This document shows positions 53,682-64,000 of a stretch of 64,000 bases of DNA, in pieces. The position numbers and the translations under genes were made by a program. How positions within the stretch are numbered: position 1 is the first letter of the stretch; each line of letters starts with the position of its first letter. This DNA comes from Octopus vulgaris (lineage: Eukaryota): contig OX597819.1 in assembly GCA_951406725.2 (NCBI GenBank), positions 96,720,001 through 96,784,000 on the forward strand, written 5' to 3'. The notes below the pieces were generated by a model. It was not told where the DNA came from and ran no database searches. It saw nothing but the letters and a program-made list of their open reading frames with translations.

Positions 53682-54199
53682 GCACGTGACAGACCTGATA
53701 TTGCTCTGTGGGGCAGTGAAAAACAGTCATGCACTGCTGTAGAGGTCAGCTGCCCAGCGAATAATGAACGTACTATCAAAAGTCCAGATAAAAGAAAACA
53801 TTTATGGTGAATTAATGCAGAACTTACTGGTCTTGTACCCTGACTATAAATTCTTAATTGTACCTATCATTATAAGTGCATTATGCTATGTACCTAAAAA
53901 TTTACACAAAACCCCAGAAATAATAGTTTTCTTTTAAAGAAAAAGCAAAAGACACTGACGCAGATTTTCCAAATCCAATCTATTAGCGGCACAGTGAAGA
54001 TTTGTAAGATATTCTAAAAATACTCCATCAGAGGCTTTTTTAGATTACTAAATGCACATGCTTGAGTGCATGCATCGACAGTTAAACCAACATACCAACT
54101 CAACCACATATTTGTAAACACCAGGAACTCTCTTGACTCAAAATGTCTTGTTCAAGTCTTAAGAAAAACTTAAATAAAACTTTAAAAAAGCAACTCATT
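53682..54199 (+). mobile_element. 3' fragment of an RLE non-LTR retrotransposon within (TACA)n
   Basis: DRPDIALW...AVEVSCPA, VPIIISAL.YVPK, IQSISGTVKICK-like terminus, AATAAA near 54173. (TACA)n on both sides. Confidence 0.7.
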
Positions 54200-54237
54200 C
54201 ATACATACGTACGTACGTACATACATACATACATACA

Positions 54238-54271
<34 letters not shown>

Positions 54272-54399
54272 CATATATACATACATACATACATACACAC
54301 ATGCATGCATACATACATCTCAGAATTGTTGAGAATATTACGTATGTTATTGCTGCGGGTAAAGCTTGACTGACAGGAGAATACTTCCAAAAGCATGGA

Positions 54400-55370
54400 A
54401 GCCAAAGCTGTCTGCATTCAGTAAAATCATATTCCTGAATGCTTAGTGTCAGTATATTTCAGATGCTAGATTAGACACTTGACAAAATCTGCAACTAAGA
54501 CATCTGATAAGGAAGATACTGAAAACGGTTGGTAACTTTCACAATAACAGTGTCACTGACAGGATCTATGTTACATAGAAGGTTGGGGGTAGTCATATGA
54601 TCAATCCAGGTGGCCTTTGAGTACTGTATTGTGTCACCTAGACAACACGTATTGAATTGTAAAGAGAGAAATTAGTATTCCACGCGGGTACCCGATAGAA
54701 AATTAACAATTTTATGTGATTAGACAAAGAATTCTGAAAGCAATACTCCGAGATTACAGCGGTTTCCATACGCATGAATGTACCTCGACTGAACAACTTA
54801 GCTAGAAACTCAAAGAAAGACTCAATATACCAGCTGAAAGTTAGGCAAGGTGCATATCCCACAAGCCAGTGAGTACCAACAGCACTGGTAGGAATTGCAG
54901 CCTTTCACTCGGAATTCTACGCTTTTGCAATCCTGAAACAGAAGATGGTAACTAAATACCGCAACAAGAATAATAAGTATTCTATAGACTTCTACACTGC
55001 TGATTGTGTCTTACCGGCATAGAACTAAGAAATATGCTCCCCCCCCCACTCTCATCGGCAAGATCCACATATGTATGCAAGCTACTACCTTATCATGAGA
55101 CGTGACAGAGTTACTACAGTCACTTACAATGTTATTCGTAGGAAGGATTGTCTTGACGGCCATACAAAAGGCATGCCAGAACCAAAATGCATCCACACCT
55201 TTAGAACTAAGGAATACCAATGAAAAGTTCCAAAAATACAGCAACCTTCCGCTAGCAATACAGTTATTGTTTTGTGAAACAGGGACAAAAACTCTAGCAG
55301 AGTTATAGAAACAGATGAATGGTCAAGCCTAATCTAGAGTTGTGGAAAAAGAGAACATCCACAGGGAAAT
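54400..55370 (+). mobile_element. Very degraded R4/Dong-like LINE fragment
   Basis: Only faint motifs (QVAF..V near 54610, post-RT region near 54930-55120). Confidence 0.35.
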
Positions 55371-55647
55371 TAAAAAAAAAAAACTTACGCTTCTTGTATC
55401 CTGGTTGCAGGTTTTCGTTTGTACCTATTATGATAGGTTTACTTGGATATGTAAGAAGAGATTAGCCTAAAAGCCTGGAAAAGCTCAGATTTTCAAGAAA
55501 GAAAGAATCACACCCACCAACTCGCATCCTCCAAAATATGATCGATTAGAGATAAAGTGAAAATTTGTAAAGCATTCCAGGAATTCTCCATTCGAATTTT
55601 CTAGAATGAGCGTATGCATAGAATCATATGGATGGATAATCCGCTCG

Positions 55648-55683
<36 letters not shown>

Positions 55684-56387
55684 AGCACATAACACACACG
55701 CACGTACATATATTTATACATATATATACGTACGTAGATACTTAATACACATATTCGATCTACTTCTCCTTGTTAATATGTTTTATCTATTTTGCTTATC
55801 CTTTTTTCACTTTTACTTTTCTTCACTGCCGTCTCCTATTTTATTCCCTATATTATGTATGTGCTTTACAATCACGTCGTCTCACACAGGTTCTCCAAAA
55901 CGTCTTCTGCCTTCTACTTTCCCACTCTCTTCATTTTCCTCGACTAATCCTCAACGTGACACCCAAACCTTGTACGAAGTACTCTTTTAATCCTGACTTA
56001 TAACTGCAACTAGCTGTCAACACAGGTACCACAATATAGCTATCAGCCAACATTTAGAATCCCACCCACTATATAGATAGACGGAGAGATTCAGAGAGGC
56101 AGACAAACAGATACTGACATACGTACTTCATGTGTCTACGTGTGTATATGTGCATGCGTATTTGAATATATGTATATAGCTGTATGTAGATACATATACC
56201 TTTACTTCTGTAACGAGCTTGGTGTGAGTGAATATCTTGTCTTGTACTTTCGGGGTACAAGAAAGCAATCACTCACTAGCCGTTGCTTTAATAATCCAGA
56301 ATTCTACCAGTCAGAAACAACAAGACGCAGACGTAAAATATACATATACTACTTTATTATCTTTCTTGGTAACAATAACAATAAGTG

Positions 56388-56814
56388 TGTTATCTGATGT
56401 CCTTGGTTCTGGGCGCGCAAGGCTGAAAGTTAATCGATTGTAATATTTACAATATTCAGCCGCAAAAACAGAAACGGATTCAAGATGGCGTCGAACAGGG
56501 AAGATGATGTCTGCAACAATCCAGGTTAAAGGCCTTTTGGTAAGGACTGCTAGAAGCTAGTTCGAACGGAGAGAAAATATGCCTGACCGCCGCCTTCAAT
56601 CGCTGGGTCCCAAGTCGCCGCTGCTGCTGCTAGCGGTCAAACGTTCTACGACCCCCTTGCCTCGCTAACTACCACGATAGGCAAGCGGGTCGTGCTTCCG
56701 GTGGTTCGCGCATGCGCGAGAGGGCCCTTCCTTTCTGTGCCTTGGTAAAGGCACCAACACGCGCGAAATACAAATGGACGGTGCGCGAGCGCGCACCGTT
56801 ATAGGGTCACTACA
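56388..56814 (-). mobile_element. CpG-rich LTR-like element with promoter motifs
   Basis: Termini TGTAGTGACC...GATAACA on the minus strand; YY1 CAAGATGGCG, ETS CTTCCGG and NRF1 GCGCATGCGC. No TSD found. Confidence 0.5.
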
Positions 56815-57633
56815 CTTCTTTTTAATACTTAGAATTTGTCTTCGAAGAAGAGATCTGTTTTCTAACAAAGAAAAAAACAAGCTACATCACTGGAATATGG
56901 GAGACAGCAACAATAAATGTTATATACTGAGCTTCAGGAAAGTTTTGCACATTTTTACTGTATATTTTCTAGATTGGTTTGATTGTCGCTTAGATATTTA
57001 CAAACAATAATTTTTAGCATAAATGTGAATTTATAATCAAGGTAGATTTCGAAGCAGTTACCTATAAATGTTCTCCTCTAGGTTGGTTTGCAAGAGATGT
57101 TCACACATTCAGAGAAGCTAACTTCTCTATGTGACTCTCTATGATTTTTATTTTTTGTTCTAAATAACTATTTCAGGCTTGTTAAGTTGGCATTTGGTGA
57201 AACATTTTTTATGGAAATGCTTCATAAATATACCTATTGATGATATATATGTATTCAATAGCAGACGTATTGTTTATATTTATCACAGTGTAATCTTTTC
57301 TGAGGATGATTTTGTATATCATTTTAAGACTATCCCTCTCCCACAATTTCAGGTCTTGTGCCTATAGTGGAAAGGATTATTTTAGCAACATATAACAGTG
57401 GGAGATAATACCTCCATAACATCTTGTGGCAGTTGCTAACCGATATTTGTAGTTGCATATTGAGAGTTTGAGGGCTTCTGTCCCGTTTGTTCTTTAGATA
57501 TTTCATAGCTTTTTTTTCGCTCTTCATTAGCAAAAGCGTAATCTTCAAGATGTAATGCAAAGTAACGGTTATGAGTCCAAGAAAGAGAGAGAGAGAGAGA
57601 CTAAACTTCATGTTAATATTATCATCATCCTGC

Positions 57634-58003
57634 ACGTTCTGAGTACAAATTTCGCCGAGGTCGGCTTTGCCATTCATCCTTTTGGGGTCAGAAAAATAAG
57701 TATCAGTTGAACACTCGGGAACGATGTAATCAACTTATCCCCTCCCTAGAAATTACTGGTCTTATGCCAAAACTTAAAATCAATATTATCATCATCCTTG
57801 AGCGCGGCGAGCTGGCAGAATCGGACAAAATACTTAGCGGCATTTCGTCCATCTTTACATTCTGGGTTCAAATGCCACCGGAGTTGACTTTACCATTCAT
57901 CCTTTCGGAGCCGATAAAATAAGTACCAGTTGAGCAGTGGGGTCAACTTAATCGATTTACCCCTCCCCTGAAATTACTGGCCTTGTGCCAAAATTTGAAA
58001 CTA
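57634..58003 (+). mobile_element. Two tandem family B SINEs
   Basis: Meta-like block and tail GAAATTACTGG.CTT.TGCCAAAA.TT.AAA each occur twice. Confidence 0.85.
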
Positions 58004-58353
58004 ACATTATCAACATTCTCAAGTTTAGAGAAAACATATCCAATTTTTTTTTTTTTTTTTTTGCATGCAGAGTGTTTCAATTCCAAATCTTTCTTGAGAT
58101 ATGATAGTCCTGAAATCTTGGGTTCATAAGAGAGGTCATCAACAAGTGCGTGCTGTTTGATGAGATCACTACCGACCCGTGGTATGTTATTCACTTTATA
58201 TGGGATAAAACACCGGAGTCACGTAGTAAATTATGACGGGGGCATTGCAGGAATCCGCCACCTCTGCTCGACCTTTCAATGTTGGCTTTCTCTCGGAGTC
58301 CATTTATGTGTGAGGTTCGTAACCTCGTCTCAGGTTTTTACATGTAACGAGTC

Positions 58354-58652
58354 AAGAAGAAAAAGAAGAAGAAGAAGAAGAAGAAGAAGAAGAAGAAGAA
58401 GAAGAAGAAGAAGAAGAAGAAGAAGAAGAAGAAGAAGAAGAAGAAGAAGGAGAAGAAGAAGAAGAAGAAGAAGAAGGAGAAGGAGGAGAAGAAGAAGAAG
58501 AAGAAGAAGAAGAAGAAGAAGGAGAAGAAGAAGAAGAAGAAGGAGGAGGAGGAGGTGGAGGAGAAGAAGAAGAAGAAGAAGAAGGAGGAGGAGGAGAAGA
58601 AGAAGAAGAAGAAGAAGAAGAAGAAGAAGAAGAAGAAGAAGACGGAGGAGGA
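58354..58652. repeat. (GAA)n/(GGA)n polypurine tract
   Basis: Directly visible, about 300 bp. Confidence 0.97.
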
Positions 58653-58699
58653 GGACAGTAACAACAACAGCAGCAAGATTAGCAACAACTAAAATAACT

Positions 58700-59170
58700 T
58701 CTAAAACGCAATAAAAGGTTGCGTTATTAAATCTATTTCTTCTACTTTGTTCCGTTATCTTGCTACCATTACTGTTATCTACTGGCATCGACTCCAAAAT
58801 TCCATTATTGGGTGATTCTTCAGCATTTCTGTCAAATATCTTTCTTCCTCTCCATACTTCAAATTATCTTGATTGTTTCTTAGCTATAACCTCCACTTGC
58901 AACCACTTTTTCTCTATTCATCACACCTCATATCATTTTCTTTTACAGATTTTCTCAAATCAATTTCATTTTCCTATTATCTCCCTTGCTGACCCCGTAA
59001 GGCTTGTTCTAACAATGCCGCCATTACTTTTTCACTTTTTATAACACACCGAGACACAGATTTCTCTTCAACGTAATCTCAGCGTTATTGACCATTCTTT
59101 GGAGCAATTCATGCTTAATTTTCTTCCACGTTTTCAGACCATTCCGTTTCTGACTTCTGACACTGACAAC
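58700..59170 (-). mobile_element. Degraded RTE-clade RT fragment
   Basis: Minus-strand remnants resembling GVxxGD, CKxGG..INNLRY and LGS...GS...RRRI. Confidence 0.45.
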
Positions 59171-59356
59171 TATTTTTTTCGCTTCCTTTTATTTTGTTAT
59201 CGACCAGATAGATTCTGCAACCAAATTTGGTTTACGATGACGTGAGAAACTCCACTTTAAACTGAATTAATTTCGATGGAAGAAGTAAAACAACATATTT
59301 TTATGTTCTTTGAAAAGATAAGGTGCTCTACAAACATACATACATACATACATATG

Positions 59357-59606
59357 TATCGCCATGTTGATTCGCCATGTTGATTCGTTAGCCACTGCAC
59401 GCATTTTTTTCTCTCCTTCCTTCTGTGTTTTTTTTTCTCTCCTTCCTTCTGTGTTTTTTTCTCTCTGTGTATCTTTCTGTTGAAGAGCGTAGGCTCGAAA
59501 CGTTAAATACTTGTTTTATTTATATTTCCTGAGCGCCATACTAATACAATTGTTCGTTTGTTTTCCACCTGCCTTCGTCTTTTGTCTATTTTCATAAAGC
59601 TTCCCG

Positions 59607-59609
<3 letters not shown>
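59357..59609 (+). mobile_element. Short non-coding repeat in (TACA)n with a hammerhead-like motif
   Basis: CTTT-CTGTTGAA-GAGC-GTAG-GCTC-GAAA-CG-TT-AAA at 59473-59507; a related copy lies at 36541-36620. Confidence 0.6.
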
Positions 59610-59653
<44 letters not shown>

Positions 59654-59921
59654 CACACACACATACATACATATGTACGCCACACACATGCATATATTTA
59701 TATATATATGCAAATGTATATATATATACATATATATGTATGTATATATATATATATATATGTATGTATATTTATATATATATATATATATACATATATA
59801 TATGTACATATATATATGCATATATATATCATATTATATTATATAATATATATATATACATATATATATATGCATATATATCATATTATACTATACTATA
59901 TTATATTATATTATATTATAT

Positions 59922-59970
<49 letters not shown>

Positions 59971-60216
59971 CCAGAAACTTCCTCGAAACAAATATATATA
60001 ATTTATACATGCATAATATCAATGGCCTCCGTCGGTTTGGATACTTGAATTACTGGCACACTTCATTTTGCAAACTTCTACGGGGTTTCTGTTAACCTAA
60101 TTTCGCTCGCAAGCCTTGAGTTGATTTCAAGTGTGTTACTGTGGAATCAAACCCAAGACCTCCTAAATATGATGAGAAATTTCCAACCATTTGCCTATAC
60201 TTCGTCTTTACATATA

Positions 60217-61095
60217 CAGGGTGTCCTAAAAGTTACTGATAGGTTTTAATTTTTAATAACTTCCTCAGCTTTACAAATAAATGCATGAAATGTTGATACA
60301 GTATAAAGGACATAATGGAAATTAATATGCACAAGTCAGATCTTGCAACACCACTACATCATATATGAAAAATAATATCCTTTCAATGGCAGCCATTTTC
60401 GGCTTCACACGTGTATGTTCTTTCCAAAACCTGCACCATAACACACTCAAGAGTTTCAGACCCCGCTTTTCTGATTTCTCTATTGATGTTCTGCTTTAGT
60501 TGCACCAGGATCTCCGGTTTGTTGACGAAAATCCTCTCTTTCGGGCTTCCCCACAAGAAAAATCCGGGCTAGTCCAGTCTGGTGAACGTGAACATTGCTG
60601 TAGCGGGAGATTATTCTCTCTCCAAAGCACAGCCGTAGCAACTGCATTGTTTCTCTTGCGGTATGAGCAGTTGCCCCATATTGTTGGAACCGTGTGTGAG
60701 GTCTACTTTGAATGGCTTTCACGTTCCCCAGATTTGACTAGCCCGGATTTTTTTTCTTGTGGGATACCTGAAAGACAGGGTTTACGTCAACAAATCCGAG
60801 ACCCTGGTGCAACTGAAGCAGAACATCAATACAGAAATCAGAGAAGTGGGTTCTGAAACTCTTGAGGGTGTTATAGAGCAAGTTTTGGAAAGAGCACAGG
60901 AATTCGAAGCCGAAAATGGCTGCCATTTAATCGATGTCATTTTTCATATGTGATGTAGTGGTGTTGCAAAATCTGATTTGTGCGTATTAATTTCCACTAT
61001 GTCCTTTATATTGTATCAAAATTTCATGCATTCATTTGTAAAGTTAAGGATGTTATTAATAACTGGAACTCGTCAGTGACTTTTGGAACACCCTG
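60217..61095. mobile_element. Fold-back Tc1/mariner-superfamily derivative made of two transposase 3' ends
   Basis: TA-CAGGGTGT...ACACCCTG-TA with inverted arms of about 370 bp. Transposase remnants: FQQYGATAHTARET (minus) and EWLSRSPDLTSPDFF..GYLKDRVY (plus). Confidence 0.88.
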
Positions 61096-61267
61096 TACAT
61101 ACAAACACACATACGCTATGACATTATCGCATGCACCCACTTACAGGTACACAAATGTATGTTTGTGTGACGCACGCGCGCTCGTGTGTGTTTGTGCGTG
61201 TATGTATATATGCATGTATGTATGCATGCATGTATGTTTGTATGTATGTGTATATATGAGTGTACGC

Positions 61268-61308
<41 letters not shown>

Positions 61309-61329
61309 AATACACACATACATACAGAC

Positions 61330-61416
<87 letters not shown>

Positions 61417-62122
61417 TAGACTATTTACAGACATTAGCGTCATAGATAAACATAGACTATATATACAATTCTAGGTTATTTGGACATAAAACCACTTTAA
61501 AATATTGATACGGGCGGTCCTTTGTACGGATGTAGACTAGTAACTAGACAGTCTATATAGATAAAAATCGACAATTTAGTTCGTCAGAGGCCATCCCGAT
61601 AAAGATAAATACCATTTTTAGATATTAACCAAAGGGTTACAATAGAATAAAATTAATGATTTTCCACAAATCCCATTCTTTTGATTTCCTTTAGTAATAG
61701 AACTTAGTCCAATTCAAATTATGAGGAATCCTCCAAAAATTATTGCCAAAATTACTCTGCAATTTTATCGAAGGAACTTTATTGCATTTTTATGAGATTT
61801 TTGTTCTCTTTCCAGCCTCCGTTACCCCGAACAGCCATTCTTCATGATATGTGTCTGCCTAACTGTAAATTGATGTATTTATAGATTAGGCAAACTAGAA
61901 TCCCAAACTTTGGCCCCCTGCCATTCATCTGTCTGGAATCCAAATTTAGTTTTGAATTGTTAAAATATCATGTTATATAATTCTTCGTATTTTCTTTTAA
62001 TACATACGCTAACAGTTCGACCATTGATTCTGCATAACTTGTAGAACTATGCAGCTTCAGTTCACACCTGAATATATATATATTTACATGTATGTGCGGA
62101 TAAAATGATATGCTAATATATA

Positions 62123-62190
<68 letters not shown>

Positions 62191-62567
62191 AATAGGATTT
62201 TATACGAAAAAAAATAAGAGTGCTGGATACATAATAAAATACATTAAATGATATATATAGCCCATTAATGATGATACAACATAACCCATAGTTTCATATT
62301 CAGTGATACTTAATGACCATCGGACGAATAAAAATTCGGTTTCTTACTTAAACATCATCTACAGACACAAATTACTTCTTTCACAGAGTTTTCGGTAATG
62401 CATTCCAGATTTGAAAATATGGTAAGGAATATTTTCTCATTTGCATATATTTTAAAGATTTAACTATTTAAGTTTTGTTAATTAAAAGTAATGGTTTCGA
62501 GTGACTAATTATGAAGACTGTCAATTAAATTACTATTTATTAATAGTATTTATTAATTTATTAATAT

Positions 62568-63564
62568 TGTTACGGACCACCTGCCGTCGCTCGGTCGATC
62601 GGCGAAAGCTCGCCACGGAAACTCGGAGAGGAGAGAGAGACAACAACAACTACAACAGCAGCCGCAAGAAGAGACACAGAGGCAATCGAGAGAGACACAA
62701 AGAAGGCAATTAACTCACATTTAACATACTAGTTTATATGACTATTACAATTGTTACAACATCAATTACATATCAAGATACATCAGGTAAATACAAGCAA
62801 GTAACAGAATCAACACATCGAAGCATTTAAACTGTCCGGAGACAACAGTTCTGTTTCAAAACACATTAAAGGCATATACAATGTTCGTAGACAAATAAGT
62901 TCACGTTACAAATCAATGTTCAATTCACAACAGTTCACATTGTTCATTAAATTCGTTTCAACAACTCTGTACACAATGTCTTTACACATTTCAATACATC
63001 GATTCTTTTTCCTTCTCTTTTTCTTCTTTCTCTTTTTTTCGTAACACGTATCAATACAATTCTTTTTACATAAATACCACAACTCTTTCCTTCTTTTTCT
63101 TCACATATCAAAACATAATTAAACACAAACAAAACTTTACCGAACGTTCCTACGATAATAGCCAATGTCTCATACTGTACCCCATCTCTCCCAGCACCGC
63201 TAAATCCAACTTGCTAACCGCTTGCCTTGAATTCCAAATCCTCACTCCTAAATCCAACCGCTCGCCTTGACTACCAAATACCGACTGCCAAAACCTCTTG
63301 CTCTGTCACTACCCCCAATCTCTCTTAGCTCTGTCGCAATCACTCTCTCTCTTAGCTCTGCAATACTCTCTGCCTGTCTTTCTCAACCCTTCATCCTCTC
63401 ACTCTACTGTATCTCTCATGACAAGCCCCCAGATGAACCCTAATTCACCCGAAGGGGTCGGGGAGTTTCCCCAGAGCTAATTAATCAACCCGCATCTGGC
63501 AGAACAATGGATTCATTGCCAAATGTAGGTCACCGTCAACTGTCCTTAAGCTGAACCCACAACA
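62568..63564 (-). mobile_element. Solo LTR (~1 kb), Gypsy-like
   Basis: TGTT...AACA termini with 4-bp direct repeat ATAT (62564-62567 and 63565-63568); strand-skewed composition distinct from the flanks. Confidence 0.65.
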
Positions 63565-64000
63565 ATATAATAGAATGTGAAAAGTTAATAAGTTTAAAAT
63601 ATGGAGGTCTTTATGATTTGTTGCATATATAGGGTTTTGCTTTGCGGCTTTAAGATATGCATCGGCAACTGGAAGTTTCCTCCCCAAAAAGTAAGCCCAG
63701 ATAACGTTTTACGTACGGAAGACCAGCAATTAACTATCCTTGCTCTACTTGCTTTGCTGATATTCTCCAGTGGAAAGGCAATGATCTATACTGCATGTAT
63801 CGTCAAAGGTGTAACAGTCAGAATGGAAAAATGGATTTTGTTTTACCTTTGCAGTAGTGTTGGCAATAACATTTTAATAACTTGCCCACTATATGCTAAC
63901 TGGACTAAATGAGGGTATTTGCGTACTAAAATATAGAAAAAAATGCCGATAGTAGGTTGATGGAGAGACTAGGCAATGGGTCACAGTCGATGTGATGGTG

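Overview
Eukaryotic, AT-rich, microsatellite-dense DNA with no confidently identifiable host gene, so it is intronic or intergenic. The SINE families and repeat landscape suggest an octopus genome (inference). Most ORF-track entries are microsatellite translations. Recognisable elements: a near-full-length Dong/R4-type RLE retrotransposon in (TAA)n (40859-44827) plus older relatives; Tx1/L1, RTE, HERO-like and Penelope (GIY-YIG) remnants; a Tc1 element and a fold-back derivative of a DD41D-like transposon; a non-autonomous Helitron; LTR-like pieces; two tRNA-derived SINE families; and a 1.47-kb tandem duplication. The most notable signal is a set of short non-coding elements, several of them fold-backs lying in (TA)n tracts, that carry minimal type I hammerhead ribozyme folds. 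One young perfect palindrome (4779-5083) has two identical hammerheads with a swapped G3:C8 core pair (GUGAACA instead of CUGANGA). Others have very long stem II insertions or a CUGUNGAA core. There is also a 401-bp RTE-derived insertion with a 15-bp TSD whose first base begins an HDV-like ribozyme fold. All RNA folds were made by eye and none is tested.
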